DNA of 64,000 nt from Candidatus Bathyarchaeota archaeon (GCA_963782525.1 CAWAKC010000008.1:1-64000), one strand, 5' to 3'. Positions 41,051-51,672 are shown, counted from the first letter of the stretch. Notes: generated by a model from the letters alone, not told the origin. Made by a program: numbers and translations.

Positions 41051-42115
41051 TTGCCATATTGCCAAAGATGCGGAACAAAACTAGCTGACGACGCACATTT
41101 CTGCCAGAAATGTGGAACACCTGTGATGGTCGCCGCTTATACTCCAACGCCGATGAAGCCAATAAGAAATGACCCTTTGATAATTGGAGCCATCGTGTTA
41201 ATCGCTATTTTAGTTGTGGGTGTAGTGGTTGCGGCTTTGTTCGCTGCTTCATACGCTACGGTGAACATTAACCAATCCTACCAAGACAACACCGTAGGTA
41301 TCAACAAGTTAAACCTAAATGTTCAAACCGAAGCGCTTAAAGTCAACGTTTTCACCCAAAAGGTATCCAACAATAATTTCTTAATCACACTCGATGGGAC
41401 AGCTTCCAAAGGAATCAACAGCGGGAGCGGAAGCGGAAGCCCCATCCAAGTTGAATTCAACAACGACACTGTAGCGGGCGACGAGTTAACAATGACTATG
41501 AAGATTACGCAGTCAAACGTTTTTTCCAGGTACAACGTTAAATGCGACATCTACGTTAACCCTGATGTAATCCGCAATCTCAACGTTACTTCTCAAGCAG
41601 GGCAAGTCAGCTTTACCGCGGATAAACCCGTAACTTTTGAATCCCTCAGCCTGCAATCCCAAGCAGGCGCTGTCCAAGCAAACCTTGAAAACATGACTGT
41701 AGCAGGAAACGTAACCCTTAGAACTCAAGCAGGTTCTATTGATTTTAGAATGAATGAAGCCAAAGTTGAAGGCAACAACACGGTGACTTTGCAGACAAAC
41801 GCTGGTTCCGTGACCATGGATATAACTGAAACTAAGGCTCTTCAGGGAAATCTGATGGTTAACGCTGTGACGGATTTGGGTTCAGTGAACGTTGGCTTAG
41901 TCGTCGATGATGGTGTAGGAGCCAAAATTGTTTCTCAGACCAACTTAGGCAGCGTCCATGTAGATGTTCAGCATTTTTCAGGTAACCAGTCGCCAATCCA
42001 ATCTGACAATTACCCTGCAGCAAGCAACATCGAAATATACAGCAAAACAAACCTTGGCAGCATAAACATAAACGCCAACTACCAATCATCAACTGGACCC
42101 AGCATCAGTAACTAA
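41051..42115 (+). CDS. Zinc-ribbon plus TM plus adhesin-like (DUF4097) protein
   Basis: YCQRCG..HFCQKCG, one TM helix, repeated T.AGSV beta units. Confidence 0.75.
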   Translation: MPYCQRCGTKLADDAHFCQKCGTPVMVAAYTPTPMKPIRNDPLIIGAIVLIAILVVGVVVAALFAASYATVNINQSYQDNTVGINKLNLNVQTEALKVNVFTQKVSNNNFLITLDGTASKGINSGSGSGSPIQVEFNNDTVAGDELTMTMKITQSNVFSRYNVKCDIYVNPDVIRNLNVTSQAGQVSFTADKPVTFESLSLQSQAGAVQANLENMTVAGNVTLRTQAGSIDFRMNEAKVEGNNTVTLQTNAGSVTMDITETKALQGNLMVNAVTDLGSVNVGLVVDDGVGAKIVSQTNLGSVHVDVQHFSGNQSPIQSDNYPAASNIEIYSKTNLGSININANYQSSTGPSISN

Positions 42116-42172
42116 TGACTTTGCAATCCCTAAACCTTTAAAACCCTCTTCAAACTTTTAACAAATTAAGAA

Positions 42173-42424
42173 ATGGTGAATTTTTTGTCACAACCCAAAA
42201 AAGTAACACGCCAAGAACTACAAGAAAACAACGGAAAAAACGGAAAACCAGCGTACCTTGCCTACAAAGGAAAAGTGTATGATGTTTCAGATAGCAGTTT
42301 CTGGATGGAAGGCGACCACATGGGCATGCATGATGCAGGCAAAGACTTAACGGAAGAACTTGAGATGGCGCCGCACCGAGAAGAAACTTTCCAGCGCGTA
42401 AAGTTTGTGGGCGACCTCGTTTAG
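42173..42424 (+). CDS. Cytochrome b5-like heme/steroid-binding protein
   Basis: YKGKVYDVS..W..G.H...HDAGKDLT..APH. Confidence 0.88.
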   Translation: MVNFLSQPKKVTRQELQENNGKNGKPAYLAYKGKVYDVSDSSFWMEGDHMGMHDAGKDLTEELEMAPHREETFQRVKFVGDLV

Positions 42425-43656
42425 AAGAGGCATTGCAGCACACCGTCAACCCTGTGCAATCCATTTATCACATTTTTTAATTCTTTTTCGCTCAGCAACT
42501 GTCTTTTCTTATGGAGTTCACTTATGGTTTCGTAGAGGCTGTCGAAGGCTGATTTTATATCCAAATCGTTGTTCATGCATTCTTCAAAACCAACTATGAT
42601 TTTGCCCTCTAAATCTTCCCCTGCCCCTGCCGAACTCAAAGACGTAGTCTTTTCTAAATCCGTGACCATGCTCCTGAAAGTATCCAGTTTTTGAATTGTC
42701 TGCGCAAACTTTTCAAACGTGAAGTTCAACTTCTGCCTGTAAGGACCGTAAATCAAGAAGAACCTTAATTGTTCGCCGCTAAAGCCTTTGGCGTAGAGGT
42801 CTTTGGGGTAGTAGACGTTGCCTTTGCTTTTGCTCATTTTTTTGCCGTCCACGAATAGGTGTCCACCATGCAGCCAGTACTTTGAGAATTGTTTGCCGGA
42901 AACCGCTTCTGCAACCGCCAACGTGTAATCATGGTGGCGTACCAGGTTATCGATTCCACCGCATCCTACGTCGATTGTGAAGCCTAAATGTTTGGTTACT
43001 ATAGCGGCATCTTGAATGTTCCATGCTGGTCTGCCCTTGCCAATAGCGGTTTGGTAACAAACATCTTTTTGTTCACAGCCATGCCAAAGAACAAAATCCC
43101 CCATATTCCAAGGCGTACCAGGATACGTGTCTTTGTGGAACCGCCGCTTCTTAGTGGGCCACTTATTCATGTCCAAGTGAGCAAGTTTGCCAAAGCCCCT
43201 GAATTTTAAAGGATCAAAATAAATGTTCTTGGCACCTTCAAATGTGAATGGGTAAGCGATGCCCTTTTCCATAAGCTTCAAAATCAGGTTGGCCGCTTGA
43301 TCCACCGCGGTTGAAGCTCTCACAGGGTAATCGGGTTTCTTAATTTTTAAAAGTTCAAAATCTTTGAAGAAAACTGCTTCGTTTTTCCGTGTTAGCTTTT
43401 CCACACTGAGGTTTTCTTTTTTGGCCTGAGCAATCGCTTTATCCTCCACATCGGTTAGAGTCATCAGCCGCATAACTTTGTATCCCGAATATTCGAGGTA
43501 CCTTTGAAATATGTCTTCGAAGAGGAAAGTGCGGTAATTCCCGATGTGGGCAGCTTGGTAGGTTGAGGGACCGCACGTGTACACTTTAACCTGCATGTCT
43601 TCTGCTGGCTGAAATCCTTCAATCTTGCACGTTAAAGTGTTGTAGAGGTTGAGCAA
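42421..43656 (-). CDS. Cysteinyl-tRNA synthetase paralog (altered Zn site, no anticodon domain)
   Basis: CGPSTY..AHIGN, DFVLW and KMSKS present, but WNIQD replaces WHIEC and HHDYT replaces HHENE; 411 aa. Confidence 0.85.
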   Translation of the reverse strand: MLNLYNTLTCKIEGFQPAEDMQVKVYTCGPSTYQAAHIGNYRTFLFEDIFQRYLEYSGYKVMRLMTLTDVEDKAIAQAKKENLSVEKLTRKNEAVFFKDFELLKIKKPDYPVRASTAVDQAANLILKLMEKGIAYPFTFEGAKNIYFDPLKFRGFGKLAHLDMNKWPTKKRRFHKDTYPGTPWNMGDFVLWHGCEQKDVCYQTAIGKGRPAWNIQDAAIVTKHLGFTIDVGCGGIDNLVRHHDYTLAVAEAVSGKQFSKYWLHGGHLFVDGKKMSKSKGNVYYPKDLYAKGFSGEQLRFFLIYGPYRQKLNFTFEKFAQTIQKLDTFRSMVTDLEKTTSLSSAGAGEDLEGKIIVGFEECMNNDLDIKSAFDSLYETISELHKKRQLLSEKELKNVINGLHRVDGVLQCLF

Positions 43657-43669
43657 TTTTTTTCCTCTG

Positions 43670-44146
43670 TTAAGCGGTGGCTTTTTCTTCTTTCTTTATT
43701 TCCATAAGAGTTTTCTTTGCTTCTTCCACATGCCGAGGCGCCTGGGTTTGGGAATTAAAAATGTGGCGGACAATCCCCTTCTTGTCACTGATATAAGTAA
43801 CTCGCCCAGGAATTATACCCATCGTTGAAGGGACACCATAGAGTTCCCTAACTTTGTTGCCTTCATCGCTGAGTAGAATAAATTGCAGCCCATAATGAGT
43901 TGCGAAAGACTTGTGGGATTCCACGCTTTGCCCGCTTACGCCTAACACTTCAGCGTCCAACTTGGTTAATTCTTCGTAGTTATCTCGAAAGGTGCATGCC
44001 TCTTTTGTGCATCCTTGCGTTTCGTCTTTGGGATAGAAGTGCAAGACAACGCTCTTTTTGCCCATAAACTCTGAGAGCGTTACGTTGTCGCCCATTTGGG
44101 AGGGAAGCGTGAAATCAGGCGCTTTATCGCCGACTTTAACTGTCAA
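43670..44146 (-). CDS. bcp: Peroxiredoxin Q/BCP
   Basis: FYPKDET.GCTKEAC. Confidence 0.92.
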   Translation of the reverse strand: MTVKVGDKAPDFTLPSQMGDNVTLSEFMGKKSVVLHFYPKDETQGCTKEACTFRDNYEELTKLDAEVLGVSGQSVESHKSFATHYGLQFILLSDEGNKVRELYGVPSTMGIIPGRVTYISDKKGIVRHIFNSQTQAPRHVEEAKKTLMEIKKEEKATA

Positions 44147-44219
44147 AAAATCACCGTAACATAGTGGCTTTTGAGGGCTATTAATACTTTCGCACCCGAA
44201 TTAAACGATATAAGACTCT

Positions 44220-44846
44220 GTGCACATTGCTAGAATGGTGAGTTGGTTGGAGAAATCGTTAAACGTTTCAGGCTACAAGTGTCCCGCCTTATACTACACC
44301 GCACCCGGGGTTCCCATAGTTTTCCTGCATGGATTATCCTACACCGCTGATATCTGGCAACGAATAGGCGTAACCGGTTTGCTCATGAAAAAACGAGTAC
44401 CTTTTCTGGCACTTAACATGCCTTATGGCTTGAAGAGTGAATGCCAACCTAAAACCCGTGACCCGGAAAAAAACGTCGCGTTCATGAATGAAGCAGTTAA
44501 AACCTTTTTTGGTTCGGCTGTCCCAGTTCTTGTCGGTGCCAGCATAGGCGGCAACATGGCATTGCGATATGCGCTGAAATTTCCCGTAAAGGGATTAATG
44601 TTGGTTTCGCCTGCAAGGGCGCTTGAACCGGACTTAGTGCCTATGTATAGTCAATTCAAGTTTTCAACTACCATCGTTTGGGGTTCGGAAGACAACATAG
44701 TTGCAAGCGAAGACATGCGTGTTTTAGCTGACAAACTTCCCAACGCTAAACTTATCATCTACGATGGAGCAAAACACTCAGCCTACAAGGATGATTCAGA
44801 CAGGTTTAAACAGGATTTGCTAGAGCTCTACGCAAACGCCGAATAG
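44220..44846 (+). CDS. Alpha/beta hydrolase
   Basis: FLHG, GASIGG, WGSED, H. Confidence 0.88.
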   Translation: MHIARMVSWLEKSLNVSGYKCPALYYTAPGVPIVFLHGLSYTADIWQRIGVTGLLMKKRVPFLALNMPYGLKSECQPKTRDPEKNVAFMNEAVKTFFGSAVPVLVGASIGGNMALRYALKFPVKGLMLVSPARALEPDLVPMYSQFKFSTTIVWGSEDNIVASEDMRVLADKLPNAKLIIYDGAKHSAYKDDSDRFKQDLLELYANAE

Positions 44847-44851
44847 CCAGC

Positions 44852-45406
44852 TTATGGTTTTGCTGTTATCAAGTAATGGTAGCGCCCAGCATCCCTAACA
44901 TCCGTAACAGTAAAACCTGCAGATTCAATCAATCCTGACGCTTTTTCTTCGCTGAACCTAATAGAAACTGGTGGACCAAACGGCATCTCGATTTTTTTCC
45001 AATCCAAATCTATCAGTTGCCCGTTTGGTTTTATCATTTGCCGGGCGTTTTGGAGTACTTTAGCGGGGTCGTTGAAGTCATGGAGGTCCATGCTATAGAA
45101 TATGAAGTCAGCGCAACTCTTACAAAACACGGTGTCTTCGGCTTTGCCTGCCCGCGCATTGATGTTGTTTAAGCCTTCAGCTTTTGCTTTTTGTTTGACT
45201 TTTTCAATGGCTGAAGCGTCGATATCTACAGCATAGACTTTTCCGCTGTCGCCTACTTTTTTTGCAGCTAAAATGGAGAAGAATCCGTCGCCGCAACCTA
45301 CATCAACAAAAACCATGCCTGCTTCTAGGTCCTTTAGGATGGCATCTGGATTGTACCATGACCGCCTTGTTGCTTCGTCTAGGCTAAATCCTCCGTGACA
45401 ACCCAC
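44852..45406 (-). CDS. Class I SAM-dependent methyltransferase
   Basis: VDVGCGDG, YAVDID. Confidence 0.9.
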   Translation of the reverse strand: MGCHGGFSLDEATRRSWYNPDAILKDLEAGMVFVDVGCGDGFFSILAAKKVGDSGKVYAVDIDASAIEKVKQKAKAEGLNNINARAGKAEDTVFCKSCADFIFYSMDLHDFNDPAKVLQNARQMIKPNGQLIDLDWKKIEMPFGPPVSIRFSEEKASGLIESAGFTVTDVRDAGRYHYLITAKP

Positions 45407-45422
45407 ATTTAAAACCCGCTTG

Positions 45423-45731
45423 CTATGGCTTTAGGAGTTCTCGGATTTGTTTTTCATGCGTTTGGCGGGTGGTTAAGGGGTAGATTTCACGTTCAGAATC
45501 GAAGAACATTGGGTCCTGTCCTATGATTTTTGAGAGTTTCTCGTCTGAGTCAACGTTGACGATGAGCATGCTGCCCTGTTGCCCGATGAGGTGGTAGGTG
45601 GCTTCGAGGGTTTTCTCTTTTTCCAGGTTGTCAAAATATTTGAATTGCAACGGAAGCAGTTTTGACCATTTCTCGAGTGGAACATCGCGTTTAATTTTTT
45701 GTATGATTAAAAACTTCATAAGTATCCTCAT
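45423..45731 (-). CDS. Muconolactone isomerase-like dimeric alpha/beta barrel protein
   Basis: MKFLI..., IVNVDS.E.L....DP.F....IYPL. Confidence 0.6.
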   Translation of the reverse strand: MRILMKFLIIQKIKRDVPLEKWSKLLPLQFKYFDNLEKEKTLEATYHLIGQQGSMLIVNVDSDEKLSKIIGQDPMFFDSEREIYPLTTRQTHEKQIRELLKP

Positions 45732-45950
45732 TTAGAAAATGATTGTTTGGGTATAAAATCTTTCTTTGAATCAGCATCACATCGGAGCGCCGTAGATGCT
45801 ATTCATGCCCGGGGTAACTGAAATTGTGGCTTTACTATTTAAATAGCCTCAAAAAAATTATCTCTAGCTACCACTTTCTTCAATAAACTGGTTTTTTGTT
45901 GTTGAAGAATAAAAAACCCGATTTTAGAATAAATTTTTATACAATCATGT

Positions 45951-46223
45951 ATGGTAAGTGAACTGTTTATCGAAAATAGGAGCCTTCCGACAATTCCAAA
46001 ATCTGAGAAAAAAACTGATAACGATGGTTTACCTGCGATTAAATGTCTTTGCGGAGAAATAATTTTGGTCGTACCCAACGTTAAACTAATGAGCAAAGCC
46101 ATAGAAACCCACGTTGCAAAACACATGCAAGAAGTTAAGGACCCAAAAGAAGCTGAAGCCATAGCTGAACATATACGTGATGACTTGATAATTCAAGTCT
46201 TGGAGAAAGCAAGCAAAACTTAA
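45951..46223 (+). CDS. Hypothetical protein (CxC/HxxxH)
   Basis: IKCLCGEIILVVP...IETHVAKH. Confidence 0.65.
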   Translation: MVSELFIENRSLPTIPKSEKKTDNDGLPAIKCLCGEIILVVPNVKLMSKAIETHVAKHMQEVKDPKEAEAIAEHIRDDLIIQVLEKASKT

Positions 46224-46274
46224 GTATTATCCAAAAAAATAAAGAAATATTTGAAATTATTCGAGATGGAATAT

Positions 46275-46427
46275 TTACTGTTTGTTTTCTCCGCCTCGAC
46301 GCATCATCTCAGGAATCTTGGCGGAAGCCTTAGACATTGCATCTTTAACAACATCCATCAATTCTTCGTTAACTTCAAGTTCAACAGTTATTTTCAACTT
46401 GCCTTTTTTGTCATTCATTTCAGTCAT
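46275..46427 (-). CDS. Small hypothetical protein (50 aa)
   Basis: AGGAGGTGG RBS; MTEMNDKKGKLKITVELEVNEELM...; overlaps the upstream gene's end. Confidence 0.65.
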   Translation of the reverse strand: MTEMNDKKGKLKITVELEVNEELMDVVKDAMSKASAKIPEMMRRGGENKQ

Positions 46428-46722
46428 GGAACCACCTCCTGAAACGACTTAATCGTTTAGGAAATAAGTTACCCAGAAGATGCACAGCCTGCATCCCGGT
46501 TAAATCCAAATCCATCGTGATTCGGTAATGGTATCTGCCAAGACGTTTGGTGTGTGCTTTGTAGTTGCCGATTGCACCCGCTTCTTTGAAACGGTGTAAC
46601 TCCCTATTCATCAGAACAGTAATGGCCGTTGGTGCTAAGGGCTCAAAGACAAAAGCTACCCTCATTAATACTCGAACTGCGCTTCCGATTAAAGATTCAG
46701 AAACGGATTCTTCGTTTGTCAT
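46420..46722 (-). CDS. Hypothetical protein
   Basis: 100-aa ORF with GAGG RBS. Confidence 0.6.
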   Translation of the reverse strand: MTNEESVSESLIGSAVRVLMRVAFVFEPLAPTAITVLMNRELHRFKEAGAIGNYKAHTKRLGRYHYRITMDLDLTGMQAVHLLGNLFPKRLSRFRRWFHD

Positions 46723-46854
46723 TTTTTTTCCTCAAAAATTGGCTAAACCACCGAATAAGTTCATGTGTTTGACTGACAAGAACTTGATTTAACTATTAGG
46801 TAGGAGGCATTTTTTAAGGTTGCGTAACGATACTATGTACCTGCAGGCGGTAAC

Positions 46855-47361
46855 TTGTCGGTAGAAGAATTAAACTCGGAAATCTATAGTTGCAAGAAAT
46901 GTAGACTCTGGCAAGGCGCTAAGCATGGTGTACCTGGAGAAGGTCCCCTAAACGCTAAAGTCATGTTTGTAGGGCAGAATCCGGGCACTGATGAAGACGA
47001 ATTGGGCAAACCCTTTGTCGGCAGAGCAGGAAAATACCTGACCAAAACGCTTGCCGAATTCGGAATAAAACGAGAAGAGGTCTTCATAACAAACATAGTT
47101 AAGCATGTTTCTCCCCAAAACCGGAAACCATACGACGACGAAGTTCGAGCATGTTTACCATTCCTAATTACCCAAATCAGGATTATTAAACCGCGAATAA
47201 TCGTGCTTTTGGGAGCATCCGCAAAAGAAACTCCACGAATGGACGGCATAGAATACATACAAATCATTCATCCATCAGCAGCGATGCGTTTCACAAAAAT
47301 GCGCGAGAAATTCAGGGTGCAAATCGCTGATTTGGCAAAACGATTCAAAGACAACGTATAA
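46855..47361 (+). CDS. udg: Family 4 uracil-DNA glycosylase
   Basis: CKKC, GQNPG, PFVGRAG, TNIVK, HPSA. Confidence 0.9.
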   Translation: MSVEELNSEIYSCKKCRLWQGAKHGVPGEGPLNAKVMFVGQNPGTDEDELGKPFVGRAGKYLTKTLAEFGIKREEVFITNIVKHVSPQNRKPYDDEVRACLPFLITQIRIIKPRIIVLLGASAKETPRMDGIEYIQIIHPSAAMRFTKMREKFRVQIADLAKRFKDNV

Positions 47362-47408
47362 TGCTATATTTGGACTGATATATAGTATATCGAGCCATTA
47401 ACTTGTTG

Positions 47409-48029
47409 TTACTTCATAGGCTGCCGCAATATGGTTTTCAGTTTTTTCGGTGCTGTTTTAGCTGGGTTGTTTAAGTAGATTTCGTGGTGTTTGCCAATTA
47501 ATGTATGTCCGCTGTTTTGGATGCATGTGTGTATTTTTGTTATGGTTGGTCCTTCAGCTGAAAATGGTCCTACGTACATTATTTGTGCGGAGAGTCCTTC
47601 TTTGAAACTTTCAAAACGCACTTTGAATAGTGCTGGTGGATTTTTCTTCTTTTTTACTTGTTCCAGCGCCGCCTGAAAGTCGTCAGCTGAGACGTGTTTG
47701 GGCTGCATTATAATAGCTGTCCACTTCCATTCGTCTTTTCGCTCTGCGCTGAATTTGGTCATGTCGTCTACCCACCATAAGCCCTCAAGTGGCATAACTC
47801 CGTAATCCACACCTTTTTCTTTTTTAACCATAAATTTGAGTGTATAAGCTACGGTAAATAACGCTTCAATCGCTTCGCTGTACTGAGGTGATGTTGGTGC
47901 GCCTTCGCCGTCAACCAAGAGAAAATTCATGGCTGGAACATCAACAACAGATATTTCTTTTGCCGACGGATTGTAGATGTTTTTGAATTCTTTTTTTAAG
48001 TCAACCTTATCCAACAAATTCACCCCCAA
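47409..48029 (-). CDS. GyrI-like small-molecule binding protein
   Basis: VMPLEGLWW, HHEIYL, KTILRQP. Confidence 0.88.
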   Translation of the reverse strand: MGVNLLDKVDLKKEFKNIYNPSAKEISVVDVPAMNFLLVDGEGAPTSPQYSEAIEALFTVAYTLKFMVKKEKGVDYGVMPLEGLWWVDDMTKFSAERKDEWKWTAIIMQPKHVSADDFQAALEQVKKKKNPPALFKVRFESFKEGLSAQIMYVGPFSAEGPTITKIHTCIQNSGHTLIGKHHEIYLNNPAKTAPKKLKTILRQPMK

Positions 48030-48153
48030 TTTTATAATTGTCTAGCTGAAAATAAAAAACTAGTGCACACCACAATAGCAATCCATATGCTGCTTAACCA
48101 CCAAATATGTCAGCATTAAAACTTTAAAAGAAAGCAGTTATAACATTGTTTGG

Positions 48154-48477
48154 ATGATTTTAATGGTTTTAGCAAGAGTGTCTTTTTGGCATTTTAAACC
48201 GGGAAAACGTGAAGAAGGTTTCGCAGAGCTTGACCGTATTCTTAAAACTTTATCTCAAGTTGCAGAAGGTCATCGTGGTTACGTATCACTGTTATCTTAT
48301 GAAGACCCAAATGCATTAACTGTTCTAACGCTTTGGCAAGATTTAGAAGCCATGCTGAAGTCGGAAAAAGGAGAGTTTACACAAGCCATCAACAAAGTTC
48401 GAGATTTACTTGAGGGACCTCCAAAAATCGAAAACTACAGAGTGTTTTCAACAGAGCTATTCCAATGTCCAACATAA
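48154..48477 (+). CDS. ABM monooxygenase-family protein
   Basis: FKPGKREE, TLWQD. Confidence 0.7.
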   Translation: MILMVLARVSFWHFKPGKREEGFAELDRILKTLSQVAEGHRGYVSLLSYEDPNALTVLTLWQDLEAMLKSEKGEFTQAINKVRDLLEGPPKIENYRVFSTELFQCPT

Positions 48478-48592
48478 AAGTAAGTTTCGAATCAATTTGA
48501 ATACTGAAAAAAATTAAGGTTCAAAAAACCTGCAAAACAGCCTAAGTAGCCACAAAAAATGAACAAGAGTTTATGACTATGTAACATTGAGG

Positions 48593-50662
48593 TTAGGTTG
48601 CTTTGATGTTTATGGTCCCTTTCGTGTAGGGCACAAACTCGCGGACCTGTTCAATTGAGGTTTTTCCTGCTTTTTCTCTCAGTTCCTTTGTTAGCTTTAG
48701 CATTAGGGATTTGAGGATCTGCTTGAGTAACTCTTTTCCCACAGTATCCCCTGGAACCAGGACCACGTAAGCTTTTGTTTTCGCCTTTACAGCTTCTACT
48801 GGGCCCCCAACAAAACTTGTTTCTTCGCCAACGATTATGCCGATTGCCACTCTTAGAGGCGTGTTTCTGTACCAGTTGCGTTTGCCCACCACAAAAAAAG
48901 CGCCATGCGGAACCGACTCGCCAGACGGTCCACTCTTGCTGAGTTGGTCAACTTTAACCCAGTAAACGTCTGCTGTCCCAAGGTTTTCCCGCCAAGCCCG
49001 CGAAAAAGAAGCTGCAAATTCAGCCGCTTCACGTAACGCCTGCTCACTTATTTCTCGGCCCTCAGCTTTAATGACGACGAATGGTGACCCCGTGATTTCA
49101 GCGTGAAAAACCACATCCTCCTGAGCAGTGTGCTTTTTGACTAGCACCTCGTTGCTAACAGTATCTTTACCCGCAACCACCAAAAATCCATCTGAGGAAA
49201 TGTACCAGCGGAACTTCTCATACCACTCCTTGTTCTCCATTGCTTCTTTGCGTTTAGAGAGGGCTTCCATGATTTGCGCTGGCTTTAGACTCTTTAACTC
49301 TTCTGCTTCAGTCAGTTCGCGTTCGATTTTGGCGAGTTTTCTCTTAGACTCCTGTAGCGCTGAGAGGGCACCTTGGGATTTCTCTTTAGCCTTTTTGCCA
49401 TGCTCATAGTATCTGTTGGCGTTGTCGAAAATTGAATCTCGGAGGTTAAAGCTGAAATGATAATTGTCCACGAATAAGTTTAATGCAAGGTTTTTGCCGT
49501 CGAAACCTTCAACGTAGGTCGCCGGCAATTTGCCTGCTTTTTTTGCGGCCATAACTGTAGTGATGATTGTGTCCCAGTCGTGTCCTTGATTGTTGGCTTT
49601 AAGAAGGTTCTCTTGGAAAGTTTGGAGTTCATTAAAGTGTGCGTAGATAGTATCGCCGATAAGTTTGTCGCGTTCGGCTTTGGTTTCATCTTCATGGATG
49701 GATTTTTCCTGGTCCGCAACAATTCGCTTTAGTCGTTCGGCTTCTTTTTTTATCTTGTCAACTTCGAGGTGGTTAACGGCTCTTTCAGCAACCGTAACCC
49801 GCAAATAAAATTCATCCAAAGCTTGATTGAAGCTGTCATAGGTTTGCAGTTTGCAGCCTTCATAACGTTTCAGCTTGATTGGCACAACATCCATAAAATC
49901 GCCTTCCTCGCCCAGAATTATGCATGCTTCCAATTTGCCGCCTGAAACTGCCGACAACAAAGTTTTCAGGGCACCAAAAATTGCTTCCGCTTCGCTGTTT
50001 GTTATTGTGTTGCAATGTTTAGTTTTATCCACGCCAGCTCGTAGTAAAATTTCCTCAGCGTAAACTCCGCCAACCCCCAAAAATCTCGCAATTGACCTAA
50101 CTACCTCTGTTTCTCCTGCGTTTTTGAGGGCCTCTTCAAGTTCGGTTTGGGTTACTTTGAATGGGTTTTTGCCGCTTGACGGCGGAAGCTCCAGAACCAC
50201 ATTGTGCAGGATGTCGCGGTCACGCATTTTCTTGAAGGCTAACGCGTGAATGATGACGTTTTGATCGTTGGTTAATATGATGTTGCCGTCGCCGAAAAGC
50301 TCCACTACAAGCTTAAGCAACCCAGTTTTGGTTCGAAAGCTAACTGTTACGATTCTTTCAAACTCGTACTGGTCAATACCTGCAACCCAAGCGCCACGCA
50401 AGTATTTTCGTAGTATCATACAGAAGGCTGGTGGTTCAGCTGGGTTTTCTTCTGCGTAGCTGGTGGCGTGTAATCTTCTGCCCGCTTCGATCACCAGTCG
50501 AATTGGAGGCAAATCGGTTTTGTGAAGTTTGAAAATGACGGTTTTCTCGTCAAGTTGGTGGATGTTGTTCACTCTGGAATCTGCTAAAGTGTTTTTTAAT
50601 TCTTTGATTGCGGCGGCAATGTCAAAGCTTGAAAACTCTTTTTTGCGCAACCCATTCACCAA
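48593..50662 (-). CDS. rqcH: Ribosome quality control factor aRqcH (NFACT/Rqc2)
   Basis: SSFD, FCMILRKYL, ELFGDGN, WYEKFRW..SSDGFL, GAF. Confidence 0.93.
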   Translation of the reverse strand: MVNGLRKKEFSSFDIAAAIKELKNTLADSRVNNIHQLDEKTVIFKLHKTDLPPIRLVIEAGRRLHATSYAEENPAEPPAFCMILRKYLRGAWVAGIDQYEFERIVTVSFRTKTGLLKLVVELFGDGNIILTNDQNVIIHALAFKKMRDRDILHNVVLELPPSSGKNPFKVTQTELEEALKNAGETEVVRSIARFLGVGGVYAEEILLRAGVDKTKHCNTITNSEAEAIFGALKTLLSAVSGGKLEACIILGEEGDFMDVVPIKLKRYEGCKLQTYDSFNQALDEFYLRVTVAERAVNHLEVDKIKKEAERLKRIVADQEKSIHEDETKAERDKLIGDTIYAHFNELQTFQENLLKANNQGHDWDTIITTVMAAKKAGKLPATYVEGFDGKNLALNLFVDNYHFSFNLRDSIFDNANRYYEHGKKAKEKSQGALSALQESKRKLAKIERELTEAEELKSLKPAQIMEALSKRKEAMENKEWYEKFRWYISSDGFLVVAGKDTVSNEVLVKKHTAQEDVVFHAEITGSPFVVIKAEGREISEQALREAAEFAASFSRAWRENLGTADVYWVKVDQLSKSGPSGESVPHGAFFVVGKRNWYRNTPLRVAIGIIVGEETSFVGGPVEAVKAKTKAYVVLVPGDTVGKELLKQILKSLMLKLTKELREKAGKTSIEQVREFVPYTKGTINIKAT

Positions 50663-50969
50663 TGCTGTGAATCTATATCTGAGTGGGCTATGAATTAACC
50701 GTTTTCACCAAAAAACAGAAAATACTGCAAAATGAAGGCAGAAACGATTAATACTTAGGCATCTTTTTTAAGTAAGATTAACCCAAATATTTGTAGGTTA
50801 CAGTTTAAAAAACTTAGTATAGTCTTCGCTCCGATTCTGGTATATTGTCTCAACTCTAATAAAAACATTGTAATAAGTCTCATCGAACAGTGGTAGCAAA
50901 AAGTTAGGGAAAATCCACACGCAAAAACTTAAAAGCGCAATATGTAACAAGGGAACGAGGTAAAAAACG

Positions 50970-51443
50970 GTGTTGAACGAACAAATCGCCTTAGGTATAT
51001 TGCAGGCAAGTATAACAGGCGCAGGTCTTGTTCTTGCAATATATGCATTAATCATCCCTTTGACGAAACAGTTGTTTGAATGGAGGGCTAAGACATCTGT
51101 TAACCTCTGGAAAAAGTTGAAAGAGTCAATAGGGTCAGAGAACGAAATAAAAGATGGTGAGAAACTAAAAAAACTTGTTGACCAGATAACTGAAACACAA
51201 AATGTCCCTGATTATCTCCGAGTTGGAGTTGGAGGTACTTTTTTTGGCTACGTCCTTTGTACCTTGCTAAGTTATGCAGTTATTGTTAATTGGCAACGAC
51301 CAGCGTCAGATGACTGGTTATCCTTGACATTTGTGATATCTACATTTGTTTTTTTAATTGTTGGCTTAATCGCTATAAAGGATATTCATCGAATTATGAA
51401 AAAGGACTTGACTGACCTTAGAAAGAGCTTAGTGGAAAATTAA
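50970..51443 (+). CDS. Hypothetical membrane protein
   Basis: Three hydrophobic segments. Confidence 0.7.
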   Translation: MLNEQIALGILQASITGAGLVLAIYALIIPLTKQLFEWRAKTSVNLWKKLKESIGSENEIKDGEKLKKLVDQITETQNVPDYLRVGVGGTFFGYVLCTLLSYAVIVNWQRPASDDWLSLTFVISTFVFLIVGLIAIKDIHRIMKKDLTDLRKSLVEN

Positions 51444-51672
51444 ATGACAAAAAAGGTTAAAAAATTTTATTCTTGCGTGGTTAGCTGTTGTATAATAGGA
51501 GCATAAGCGCAATAACAAAAGCTGATTTTAGAGTTACCCATTGAGGACTAAATCCTCACCAATCATCTTTTCACAAGCATCGCACGGTCACGTTAAATCC
51601 AGAACAACCAGAATTTTGCCTAAGAACGCTTCAAAGATAAATGTCGAAAGGAAATCCAATGGGTTGAGTCTA

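Noticed and set aside
50798-51055. Minus-strand 85-aa ORF
   Set aside because: It overlaps the better-supported plus-strand membrane gene head-to-head; at most a gene remnant
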